A DNA stretch of 64,000 nucleotides from the IMG/VR virus record IMGVR_UViG_3300028844_002207, positions 21,830 through 85,829 of that record. One strand, written 5' to 3'. Within the stretch, counting starts at the first letter, position 1. Each line of letters opens with the position of its first letter. Positions 48,214 to 57,471 of this stretch are shown here, one piece after another. Source of the DNA: a virus. The position numbers and the translations under genes were made by a program. The notes below the pieces were generated by a model, which saw only the letters and a program-made list of their open reading frames with translations, was not told where the DNA came from and made no database searches.

Positions 48214-48792
48214 TTATTTATTTGTCAAAGATATGGAACTATTTTTTAATAATTGATTAATAACATGATTATTATCAATTAACATTTCTTTGGTAAGATC
48301 AGGAGGAGTACATACTTCATATATATCTTCTACAGATTTTATATTTACACCTAGGAATTCAGCATATTCTTCATGCACACCTTCTGGTGTAAGAAATCCT
48401 TCAACGTATGATCCAATCTTATCTTGTGTTCCAAAGAAATCTATTATACTAATTTTACTATTTAAACTGTACTGAGAATATTTACCTTCAAGGAATTTTT
48501 TATAGTCAGATTTAAACTTTGTAAAATCATAAATAAACAAGTGCTTGTTTTCTTTTAACTCTATCACTTCTTCAAGCAATGAATGTTTCATTAAGTTGTT
48601 GTTTACAAAACTATTGAACTTTGGGTTTTTTTTTGTTGTGTAAACACATAAAAACTTAAGGTCATTTGTAGAATAGACATTATCCCATGCAACATACGTT
48701 TGTATTGGTACACGGGTAATGCCTTTCTTTATTTCTAGTAAAGGATAAAGAAATACTTTGCTTTTTTGAAAATATTCTAAATATACACCCAT
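48214..48792 (-). CDS. Hypothetical protein
   Basis: 192 aa, in operon. Confidence 0.7.
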   Translation of the reverse strand: MGVYLEYFQKSKVFLYPLLEIKKGITRVPIQTYVAWDNVYSTNDLKFLCVYTTKKNPKFNSFVNNNLMKHSLLEEVIELKENKHLFIYDFTKFKSDYKKFLEGKYSQYSLNSKISIIDFFGTQDKIGSYVEGFLTPEGVHEEYAEFLGVNIKSVEDIYEVCTPPDLTKEMLIDNNHVINQLLKNSSISLTNK

Positions 48793-48793
48793 A

Positions 48794-49783
48794 CTATAAT
48801 TTAACCTTTTCTATTAACAAATCATAAGGTAATGAATAGTTTTTCTCACTGTAATGATAATCTGCAATCTTTAAAACACCACCTAAACCCTCAGCCCATT
48901 TGACCATTGACTCTTGTGATACTTCATAAACATATACTTGATTATACTTATCAATGACTATAAACTTAAATGTTATTGTGTAGTCATCTCTATCTTGTCC
49001 AAGAGAATCATATACCATTTTAGAGTATATAGCTGCCTGTAACCAATAGTTATAAAAGTCAACACTTTCAGAAAAATTATCTACAGTCTTGCCGGATGTT
49101 TTGAGGTCACATATTGTAACTGTCTTTGTCTCAGTGTCAACTGTATAATAATCAACATAGCCATGTAAACCAAAAGCAAATGTCTCTAACTTAGATTTAA
49201 GATATTCTTCTGCATGCGTGGATATTGGATCTAAATCAAAATCAGTTGATTGATTTTTAAATAAACTCATAACCTCTTCATTAGCTTTTATAACTTCAGC
49301 TTTAGCAGTACAGTCTAATAATGTATCTTCATTAATGACATCTACATTAGTATTAGATAAGAATTCCCAATAAGGTTCAAACTCTTTTTTTATGATCTTT
49401 ACAATACGTTGTTCATCTGTTTTAAGAGATTGATACAAATTCATTTCTTTGAGTGAATCCAATACTATTTCAGATGGAACATCAAATAACAATTTTGCAT
49501 CAGTATATAAAGACATGTTTTTTAGGACCTTTCTAACACTATCTGATGGTGCTTTACCGGGTACAATGTTAAACTTTTTGTTTAAGTTTTCAGGTTCAAA
49601 TACTAAACAATGCACAAGTTTACCTTCTACTAAATGCTTGTCAGTTCTGATCTCACGATCTTGTAAAATATAGTCCTTATAAAATAAGGATGGGGAAAAT
49701 AATAATTTGTTAAGAGAAGAATAGCTAAATGCAAAATTCTTATTTGCATAAAACTCCTCTTCCCTTTCCATGTTTCTATTCAT
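48794..49783 (-). CDS. PD-(D/E)XK exonuclease (RecB/RecE-like)
   Basis: FSYSSL, GKLVHCLV, HGYVDYY...ICDLKTS, YWLQAAIY. Confidence 0.8.
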   Translation of the reverse strand: MNRNMEREEEFYANKNFAFSYSSLNKLLFSPSLFYKDYILQDREIRTDKHLVEGKLVHCLVFEPENLNKKFNIVPGKAPSDSVRKVLKNMSLYTDAKLLFDVPSEIVLDSLKEMNLYQSLKTDEQRIVKIIKKEFEPYWEFLSNTNVDVINEDTLLDCTAKAEVIKANEEVMSLFKNQSTDFDLDPISTHAEEYLKSKLETFAFGLHGYVDYYTVDTETKTVTICDLKTSGKTVDNFSESVDFYNYWLQAAIYSKMVYDSLGQDRDDYTITFKFIVIDKYNQVYVYEVSQESMVKWAEGLGGVLKIADYHYSEKNYSLPYDLLIEKVKL

Positions 49784-50921
49784 CTGAAATAATTTTATTA
49801 GTTAACTCTTCATTGATATATAGTGAATCTAAGTCTACCCTAAATACATCTGCACGTGGGCCAACTAGATTACCTAAAAATGTTTTATGAAGCTTTTCTT
49901 TGGTACTATCCACAGCAAATTTACTTAATTTTCTGTCAGTAGCCAAAAGATTTAGATACTTATTGAAAGAGTAAATAGCTTGAGTGTTATGGTTTCCCTC
50001 ATAAGATTTCATTCTTTTTCTAAAAGCTTTAACGTTAACTGTGTTCCAGTTTGTAGTAGCCTTAAGCCAATCATAGTGCCAGAAATAAATACCAGATACC
50101 ACATCAAAAGATTTTTCAATATTGGAGTTAGCCAACATCTCTAAAGCTAATGATCTATTATCTATGTCACTACTAGTAACCATCTTTTCTACCTCATCAA
50201 ACTTTTCATTTTCTAAAACAGCAAGGTCTTCATCTATTATAGCACATACATCAATGTCTGCAATAAGATCAACACCAGAATTTATTATGGTGTCATATGT
50301 ATCATAGTTCTCTTTTGGTAATATCCAATCATGACCTCTATCTTCTTTCCTGTTGGCTTGTGATATTTGTTCTACAAACTCATACATTTTTATTGCAGTA
50401 GGATCAGATTCTGACCAATCTTTATTATACTTAAAAGTAACTCTATATGTAGTATCTGTTTGAGACATAAAATCTCTTAGTTCAGTTAGTGCAGAGTCAG
50501 ATAATAAATCTGAATTTTTAAGTTCTGATAAAATACCATAGAGCTCTACATATGAAATAGAATTTCCCCATTCTCTATTAACTAGATTATCAAAGAACTT
50601 CATAGATACAATACCTATGTCAGCTTTATTTATATCTCTAATAACTTTACAGTTAAACTTCTCTTTTAAAAGATCTACTTTCTGTCTAGGTAAATCCAAT
50701 CTTGGATACCTATAGATTTTTTTATCTTGCAAGTCAACAGAATCTACAAGGCCTGGTACACCAAGCTTTTGCATATCTTCTGCTCTAACTTCCCATGAAT
50801 TACTGCAATAAACATGCATACCATCAAGAAAGTTCCATTTAAATGCATTTCCTGTTAGTCTACCATTGTTATCTATATTAGCAGCTTGACAATTAATTTC
50901 TATACTTACTCTTTTTTTCAT
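49776..50921 (-). CDS. Hypothetical protein with BRCT-like segment (paralogue A)
   Basis: KIYRYPRLDLPRQKVDLLKEKFNCKVIRDINKADIGIV; also has a helical motif shared with its neighbours. Confidence 0.6.
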   Translation of the reverse strand: MKKRVSIEINCQAANIDNNGRLTGNAFKWNFLDGMHVYCSNSWEVRAEDMQKLGVPGLVDSVDLQDKKIYRYPRLDLPRQKVDLLKEKFNCKVIRDINKADIGIVSMKFFDNLVNREWGNSISYVELYGILSELKNSDLLSDSALTELRDFMSQTDTTYRVTFKYNKDWSESDPTAIKMYEFVEQISQANRKEDRGHDWILPKENYDTYDTIINSGVDLIADIDVCAIIDEDLAVLENEKFDEVEKMVTSSDIDNRSLALEMLANSNIEKSFDVVSGIYFWHYDWLKATTNWNTVNVKAFRKRMKSYEGNHNTQAIYSFNKYLNLLATDRKLSKFAVDSTKEKLHKTFLGNLVGPRADVFRVDLDSLYINEELTNKIISDE

Positions 50922-51955
50922 TTCTTTAAATATTTTTGATATTCTTTTTTAACAGCTACTTTAAATGTATAAAGATCTCTGTTGTGAATGCTTATTTCTC
51001 TCCTCACTATAGGCTCAAGATATCTAAATGATACTTTATCAAGTTTATCTTGATCCTCTAACCATAGTATCATGTCTTGTGCACTTTTATGGGTAAAAAA
51101 ATTAAAGTTTGATGCTTGCAACCAATATTGCAAATCTTTATCTCTATTGTCTGCATATGTTATACTACTACAGTCTTGAGCAAACTGCCATAATAAATGA
51201 TAGTTTTTCTTATAATCAATAGTAGGAATAATTTTAAGAGCTAAAGCCTTATCATCACCATAAGCATTCAGTTGTGCTTTTAAATCATTAAAAAGCTCTT
51301 CATCAAGAGTCATTTTAGTAGCAGATGCATGTAACACAGTTTCAGGATCAATAACACTAACGTCTGTGGTATCAATTATATGCGCTAAATTTATAGCCAT
51401 ACCAGTAATCATCCAGTTATCATATAGACTATCTTTTATATCTATATCATAATATCTTACATTGTCTGTAATTTTAGGTGTAATAATACACTCTAAACCA
51501 GAATCTGATACTTTTTTAAGAACACCCATTTTTGTTGCATCTCCTATTGTAGTTTCATAATTCCATATCTTATTCATCATTATTGTAGATGGGATATTTT
51601 CCGCATTCTGTAATGTATTAGCAGTAATGTCTTCATGACCTATAATTAAATCTGCTAATTCATAATCATTTGTTACAGTTATACCATGCTCTTTAAGAGC
51701 AGCTTTTAATCTATCTTGTGATGCATTACACTTAGGTAATATAAAAGCTTTCTTTTTGGTTCTAAAAGTTTGGTCATCCTCTGTGGGTACCGTTAGTATA
51801 GTATTTATTTTCTCATAAGTTGTTTGATCTTGAGTACATAATACTTTATTAACATCCTCTGAACCAGAAAGGACACCATAAATAGTGTCCTTTTCTAGTC
51901 CAAAGTAAGCTAAAGCATCAGCATCAAAATCTTGATATACTGATTTATTTGCCAT
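50918..51955 (-). CDS. Hypothetical protein with BRCT-like segment (paralogue B)
   Basis: KAFILPKCNASQDRLKAALKEHGITVTNDYELADLIIGH; ATGA coupling to paralogue A. Confidence 0.6.
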   Translation of the reverse strand: MANKSVYQDFDADALAYFGLEKDTIYGVLSGSEDVNKVLCTQDQTTYEKINTILTVPTEDDQTFRTKKKAFILPKCNASQDRLKAALKEHGITVTNDYELADLIIGHEDITANTLQNAENIPSTIMMNKIWNYETTIGDATKMGVLKKVSDSGLECIITPKITDNVRYYDIDIKDSLYDNWMITGMAINLAHIIDTTDVSVIDPETVLHASATKMTLDEELFNDLKAQLNAYGDDKALALKIIPTIDYKKNYHLLWQFAQDCSSITYADNRDKDLQYWLQASNFNFFTHKSAQDMILWLEDQDKLDKVSFRYLEPIVRREISIHNRDLYTFKVAVKKEYQKYLKK

Positions 51956-51956
51956 T

Positions 51957-53225
51957 TTATTTCATTGTCATTTGGATGATCTCTGGAACCATCATCAATT
52001 TGTTAAACTTCTTTTTATTACCATTAAAAATAGTACGTACAATTAAATACTTAAGATCATTGGTAAAATAATCTTTTGTACATAATGCTATTAATCTATC
52101 AGTCAACTTCTGAGTTATTGTATTCTCTTTAGAATGAACAACTGAGAAGTTACCCAGCCTTGTAGCCAGAGTAGATGCAATATCTGCACGGTACGTATCA
52201 TCTTTACCAATACAACCTCTAAGCTCACCTAAGATGTATGCCTCATTATCATGAGTCAACAAATCTTTTGGTGTTACTAGCTTATCAAGCTTATTATTAA
52301 TAAAGGTTGTAAACATAGAAGCAAACTCATCTCCAACACTACCTTCTCCAATCATTTGGATTAAAGATAAGTTATCCTCAAAATTATCAAAACTTGATAT
52401 AGAGTTAAAGAAAGTTGTAATAGATCTTGCATTTGTTTCTTGCGTTACAAGTTCTGGATGAAGTAACAGGAAGTTAATACATCTTGTATCAATTCCTGCA
52501 CCTTCAGCCCACTCTGCCCATACATTAACATCAAACTTAAGGTTTGCGGTTACATATCTAGTCTTCTGTGCACTATCTACACTGTTAACCATATAATCCC
52601 CGTTATCCGGATTTGCTGTCAAAATTATGTGCCAGTCTTTTGGTAGAGTCCATGAAATATAAGTTTGTCTGTCAATCAACTCCATCACAGCTTGAATAAA
52701 TCTTGTGTCAGCTCTGTTCCAGTCATCTAATAATAAGATACCACCTTCTTTAGCGTCAGCAATCCATTCAGGTGCACAATAAGACATTCTATTCTTACCG
52801 GTCATCTTAAATCCTTGCTTAAGATATTCTTGTACTGCAAGCTCATCAACCCATTGACCAACTTTTTTTGTTACAGGACCCATTTTAGCTAAGTCAGCAG
52901 ATGCTGCAGCTCTTTGTGCAGCAGTATAACTGATATCATCTAATTTCTTTGCTGGTACTATTTTCTCTTTGTACATCTGAAATTGACGTACAGGGAAACC
53001 AACTAAGTCACCCAACTCTTCTATCTGAGCTAGGTTTAACTTTACAAATTTTAGGTTATTTTCCTGAGCAAGCTCTACTATAGTAGAAGTCTTACCAATA
53101 CCTGATTCACCTACAACTTCTACTGATACAGGGCTTTTATCACCCTTTTGTAAAAATCTGTTGTTTGTAATTATGTGATTTACAAATCCTTTTAACTCTG
53201 TTACATTTAAATTTACTTGTGCCAT
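51957..53225 (-). CDS. MoxR-like AAA+ ATPase
   Basis: Walker A GESGIGKT, Walker B LLLDDWNRAD, DLVGFP...APEW, ILTANP. Confidence 0.85.
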   Translation of the reverse strand: MAQVNLNVTELKGFVNHIITNNRFLQKGDKSPVSVEVVGESGIGKTSTIVELAQENNLKFVKLNLAQIEELGDLVGFPVRQFQMYKEKIVPAKKLDDISYTAAQRAAASADLAKMGPVTKKVGQWVDELAVQEYLKQGFKMTGKNRMSYCAPEWIADAKEGGILLLDDWNRADTRFIQAVMELIDRQTYISWTLPKDWHIILTANPDNGDYMVNSVDSAQKTRYVTANLKFDVNVWAEWAEGAGIDTRCINFLLLHPELVTQETNARSITTFFNSISSFDNFEDNLSLIQMIGEGSVGDEFASMFTTFINNKLDKLVTPKDLLTHDNEAYILGELRGCIGKDDTYRADIASTLATRLGNFSVVHSKENTITQKLTDRLIALCTKDYFTNDLKYLIVRTIFNGNKKKFNKLMMVPEIIQMTMK

Positions 53226-53231
53226 TTTCTA

Positions 53232-54395
53232 TTAATTTAATTTTATTACTTGTCCTGGTAACTCATCATTCATATCAGATATACTACTAAGAACCCATAA
53301 GGTATTCTTAGGACAGTCATCTGGAGAATAAGCTTCACCATCTGTTAAATATACAAGAGCTGTATAAGCTCCTTTATTTTCATTAAAATGATCTATTACT
53401 GGTTGAAAACTAGTTCCACCACGACCGTGTATTTCCCAATCTTTCTTTGGATTAAATTCTACCACACTTCTTAAACTAGTGTCACACTGTGCAATTGTAA
53501 TCTTATGACCTGTTTTATGCATATGAGCTAATTCACTAAAGAATTCTTTCAGCTCTTCATTATTTACAGATCCACTTGTGTCAACGCCAACTAGTATATG
53601 ATTCTTGAATTTAATCTTAAGGCCTGGATTAGCAGCATAACGTTTATTGTATTTACGTCTCAGCTTTTTAGTATATACTATAGAAGAATTACCTACAAAC
53701 CTTCTTAGATATCCTTTCCAATCAAACTTAGGCGGTTCAATATGTGTTAGCCTGCGTATCAAATCAGAAAGTTCACCTGGTATATTACCACATTTCTTTT
53801 CTGTTTGTTCAGCAGCTTCTTTTAATTGATGCTCAATTTGTTTTTGCATCAATTTTTTATCAGCTTCAGGCAATTCATCAAACTCTTCCCATGTACTATG
53901 ACAATGTGGGCTATTACCATCCATAGTGTCCATTAAGCTATCTAATGATGGGCAAGACCCATCTTGTTGTGCTTGTTCTAAAAGCTCATAGTACTTTTTA
54001 GTACCTGCTTTAGTTGGAAGATTCAATTCAGGAAAACTTGATAATAATAATCCACCGGTTGGTAAATTACTTTCCAGTATGTACTGGTTAATTTCTAAAT
54101 CAGCAGCTATATTAAATAACTTATGATCAGAATATAGATCTCTTAATAATAAATGACCAAATGCAATATGCAAAAGCTCATGTTTAATTAATCCAAATCT
54201 GTGATCTTCACTAAGATTATTAAAAAACTCTGGGTTTATAGTCAATTGCATACCAATACCTTTCTTGCTTACTCCTGCTGTAGGAATATGCTCACTGTAT
54301 TGCTTATTGATACCAATTAAAAAGAGCCCGTAAAAGGGCTCTGTAAATATTAAACTTTTGGTTGTCCGTGCAACCTGATCTTGTATTTTTATCAT
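53232..54395 (-). CDS. DUF2201-type protein: HExxH metallopeptidase-like N-terminus + VWA domain
   Basis: KHELLHIAFGH, NIAADLEIN; MIDAS motif VDTSGSV, GRGGTSF, YLTDGE. Confidence 0.85.
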   Translation of the reverse strand: MIKIQDQVARTTKSLIFTEPFYGLFLIGINKQYSEHIPTAGVSKKGIGMQLTINPEFFNNLSEDHRFGLIKHELLHIAFGHLLLRDLYSDHKLFNIAADLEINQYILESNLPTGGLLLSSFPELNLPTKAGTKKYYELLEQAQQDGSCPSLDSLMDTMDGNSPHCHSTWEEFDELPEADKKLMQKQIEHQLKEAAEQTEKKCGNIPGELSDLIRRLTHIEPPKFDWKGYLRRFVGNSSIVYTKKLRRKYNKRYAANPGLKIKFKNHILVGVDTSGSVNNEELKEFFSELAHMHKTGHKITIAQCDTSLRSVVEFNPKKDWEIHGRGGTSFQPVIDHFNENKGAYTALVYLTDGEAYSPDDCPKNTLWVLSSISDMNDELPGQVIKLN

Positions 54396-54694
54396 TGATT
54401 CATAATTTTATCTAATATTTCTTTGTAAATAGATTCTGCTTTATAAAAATCTATATAGATATATAAAGCTTGCTTGCCAACTTCAGGCTGATCAATAAAT
54501 TGAACTGCATCAGCAAACTTCTTTCTGTGTTTAAAAACTAATGCTTTATGCATAAGTAAGTCAATAGCATCATCTTTATAATTATTCTTATAAATCTCCC
54601 AGGCCATCTCCTGATCATCAGGTAAACCTTGAAACATTTCTTTTAATTTAAAAAATTCATCTATTGTAATTACTTTGTAATTATCTCTATCCAT
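54392..54694 (-). CDS. Small helical protein, first gene of the AAA+/VWA module
   Basis: 100 aa; ATGA coupling to the VWA gene; shares a motif with the two BRCT-like genes. Confidence 0.65.
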   Translation of the reverse strand: MDRDNYKVITIDEFFKLKEMFQGLPDDQEMAWEIYKNNYKDDAIDLLMHKALVFKHRKKFADAVQFIDQPEVGKQALYIYIDFYKAESIYKEILDKIMNQ

Positions 54695-55038
54695 ACGCCT
54701 GGATTCTTCTTATCATAAGTATATTGCTCAAATGCAGGAATTATAAATTCTGCATTATCATCTTCTATCCAACCATACTTGACCATATCATCTTGCACTG
54801 TTTGTGCAGGATTTATATAATCAAATTTATGGCGGCTGCCTCTAATAAATTCAAAAGATATCTTAACTGGAAGCTCATGCTTCTTGAGTTCTTTCTTAAA
54901 CTCTTCAGTATATTTAAGATAAATATCTTTAGTAGCTTTTCTGTAATTCATTACAGCTTTACTAGCAATAAAGTATTTACCTGTCCATCTTCTTCCATTC
55001 TTACTAGAAGGTACGTTTCCCGGTATAAACCATTTCAT
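54670..55038 (-). CDS. RusA-like Holliday junction resolvase
   Basis: IPGNVPSSKN...FDYIN...VQDDMVKYGWIEDDN. Confidence 0.7.
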   Translation of the reverse strand: MKWFIPGNVPSSKNGRRWTGKYFIASKAVMNYRKATKDIYLKYTEEFKKELKKHELPVKISFEFIRGSRHKFDYINPAQTVQDDMVKYGWIEDDNAEFIIPAFEQYTYDKKNPGVWIEIITK

Positions 55039-55041
55039 ATA

Positions 55042-56019
55042 TTATTTATTTAAGGTCTCTTTTAATAATGGCTTTAGCATACTATGCACTTTATCAAACC
55101 CATGCTCTTTCATAGCGTCTGATATGTCTTTACATATAGTTGGCACAAAACCATGGATTTTATATTCTTTTAAATATACTTCCACAGCATGCCTACCTGC
55201 GTCATCATTATCAAATAGAGTGATTACTTTTTTATACTTCTTCTTTAAGTGCTCTATAATATGAGGTTTAATCATAGTATTTTCTGAGTCAGGACTAATA
55301 ACATCTAAGTTATAACCCATACTCTTTAAGCACATTGAATCCTTGAGAGATGAACAAATAACTAAATAAGGCTGTTTGTATGTCAACTGGTCCTTACCTT
55401 GTAAATATGGTTTTGCTTTATAAAATTTGTACTTCTTACTAAAAGGTTGATACATTTTATAAACTTCACCATTCTTATCAAAATAACCATAACACCACTT
55501 ACTACCTATAGTTAGCTTTCTTATTTCACCTGAATCATCTTTAATTAAATTATAATAATCAATTGGTCTGACGTTGTACTCTTCAAGCATAGTTTTACCT
55601 ATTCTAAAAGATAACCAAAACTTCCTATCCTCAGTGGTCCATTGTCTTTCTTTAATAAAGTCAATTTTCCATCTTGATTGAGGTGTAAACTTTGGTTGCA
55701 CATATTCTGATGATCTAACATATTTATTATAGTCACTTACCATCCTTGTCATGGCTCCGTGGTATTCAAGATTAAATACAAGTTTAATTAGGTCTACTTT
55801 ATTACCACTCTTTCCTGTTGAAAAGTCTTTGAACTTATACTGCATAATAGATTTATCTACATATATGCAAAAGCTAGGTGTTCTTTCATTAGGATTAAAT
55901 ATAGATTTAATCTTAACATCTTGACCAGTAAGCTGTTCAGGAAGATCTAAGTAATATTGAAATACCCAAGTACTTGGTACATCTTGTCCTTCTCCTACAA
56001 TGTTTTTAGTGTTAAACAT
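55042..56019 (-). CDS. DnaG-type primase (TOPRIM) with atypical motifs
   Basis: ERTPSF zinc-finger-like N-terminus without Cys/His ligands; LVICSSLKD and LFDNDDAG TOPRIM motifs. ATG 56019 preferred over the track start 56055, which lies in a terminator. Confidence 0.8.
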   Translation of the reverse strand: MFNTKNIVGEGQDVPSTWVFQYYLDLPEQLTGQDVKIKSIFNPNERTPSFCIYVDKSIMQYKFKDFSTGKSGNKVDLIKLVFNLEYHGAMTRMVSDYNKYVRSSEYVQPKFTPQSRWKIDFIKERQWTTEDRKFWLSFRIGKTMLEEYNVRPIDYYNLIKDDSGEIRKLTIGSKWCYGYFDKNGEVYKMYQPFSKKYKFYKAKPYLQGKDQLTYKQPYLVICSSLKDSMCLKSMGYNLDVISPDSENTMIKPHIIEHLKKKYKKVITLFDNDDAGRHAVEVYLKEYKIHGFVPTICKDISDAMKEHGFDKVHSMLKPLLKETLNK

Positions 56020-56034
56020 AAAATCAAAGATATT

Positions 56035-56068
56035 AAAAAGAAATGGGCCCAGCAATATACTGAGCCCA
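56035..56068 (-). terminator. Intrinsic terminator after the putative SSB gene
   Basis: Minus-strand UGGGCUCAG-UAUAUUG-CUGGGCCCA followed by UUUCUUUUU. Confidence 0.75.
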
Positions 56069-56087
56069 CTCTTTCTAATTGGAGATA

Positions 56088-56762
56088 TTAAAGTTCAAAG
56101 TCAGATCCTGCAGTAGGAGCTGGTTCAAAGTTATTAGCAGGTGCAGATTCTTTCTTTACCATAGGACGGAAATGATTAGTATCATTCTTGTCAAATGTAA
56201 TAAGATTAGAATTTTCTGCATCTACTTCTTCAAGAGGTACACCCATTCTATTTCTCTTAGGAAGGAACAAATCATTATTTACATAACCTTCTTTGTTTTC
56301 CCATTCACGTGCACCCAAACATGCATTTACATATCCTGTTTGAGAACAAATTTTTGCAGCCTTAATCATAAAGTCTTCAATAGTATTTGCTTCAATAGCA
56401 TCAAGCTCAGCTCTTTTACCAACTACTTCAGATAAGAAAACCATAGCCTTTAATACTTCTGTATCTCTGCTGATTTCATTACCATTGTTTAATGTAGCAT
56501 CTTTAAATGGATAGGGTGAGAATCTAACTCTACCTACCTGGCCTGCATAACGTTCACCATTAGGATTGTTAACATCCTTTAAGAATCCATTAAATTCACC
56601 TACAATAGGCTCACTTTCTACATGCAATGTAATATTGTATGCATCCATATCATATGGTGTTTGATCAAATGTAATTGAGTTGATCATTACTTTTTGATTT
56701 CCTGTTCCAATAACTGGTTTTGTTCCACCTGATCCGGCAGACATGTCTTTAGTACTTAACAT
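56088..56762 (-). CDS. Putative single-stranded DNA-binding protein
   Basis: 224 aa, beta-rich, with a flexible tail ending SDFEL; lies between primase and an AAA_24 ATPase; followed by its own terminator. Confidence 0.5.
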   Translation of the reverse strand: MLSTKDMSAGSGGTKPVIGTGNQKVMINSITFDQTPYDMDAYNITLHVESEPIVGEFNGFLKDVNNPNGERYAGQVGRVRFSPYPFKDATLNNGNEISRDTEVLKAMVFLSEVVGKRAELDAIEANTIEDFMIKAAKICSQTGYVNACLGAREWENKEGYVNNDLFLPKRNRMGVPLEEVDAENSNLITFDKNDTNHFRPMVKKESAPANNFEPAPTAGSDFEL

Positions 56763-56785
56763 AATTTTTGATTTTAATTATTAAT

Positions 56786-57469
56786 TTATTTGTTGTATTC
56801 TTCAATACAACTGGTTACAAATTGTAGGTCATTGGCAATAAACTTATCATCAAACATACCCATTGGTGATTTACATGTGTTCTCTCCGTTGTTTTGAGTT
56901 TCAAAACCATAGATAAGTTCACCATCATCATTTTTATTTACTTTTCCAAATAAAACAATAGAGAATAGGCCTTCCAAAGTTAAAGTGTTGTCAATCATTT
57001 TACCAACAGTTTTAGCTTTAATTTTTCTATTTCCATTTATATCAGTTGAATCTTCTGAGTGAGTCAAGAAAATAATAGTCAAGTCTTCTCTTAGATCTTT
57101 TGGTAACTTAGCAACTTGTGCTAGGTTAGCTGCAATCTGAGTAAACTTTTCATATCCTTTCTCATTAGCTCTATCAAAGTATTCAAAAGAACTCATATAT
57201 TGCCAGTCATCAACTACAATAGTTTTGATGTGGCCCATTTTGTCATTTACATGACGCATTGCCTTAATAATACCAGGAGCAGTAGCAGCTGAGGTAAGAT
57301 TACCTTTAGGATTGTCTTTAGTTATCTGAGTATACTTACTCTTCCAACCCTTAAAAGGTAAAGGTTTATTTGCTATGTTTATAATGAAAGTCTCTTTTGG
57401 ATCTAATGTTCTGATTGAGGTAGACTTTCCTGTCCCTGAATCAGCAATTACTAATACGCTGTTTGCCAT
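56786..57469 (-). CDS. AAA_24-family P-loop ATPase (Sak4-like annealing protein)
   Basis: VLVIADSGTGKSTS, KPLPFKG, IVVDDWQY, HSE, KTVGKMID, CKSPMGMF. Confidence 0.75.
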   Translation of the reverse strand: MANSVLVIADSGTGKSTSIRTLDPKETFIINIANKPLPFKGWKSKYTQITKDNPKGNLTSAATAPGIIKAMRHVNDKMGHIKTIVVDDWQYMSSFEYFDRANEKGYEKFTQIAANLAQVAKLPKDLREDLTIIFLTHSEDSTDINGNRKIKAKTVGKMIDNTLTLEGLFSIVLFGKVNKNDDGELIYGFETQNNGENTCKSPMGMFDDKFIANDLQFVTSCIEEYNK

Positions 57470-57471
57470 GT

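Noticed and set aside
48794-49783. Calling the PD-(D/E)XK nuclease Cas4
   Set aside because: No Fe-S cysteine cluster and no cas context; a phage recombination exonuclease is more parsimonious.
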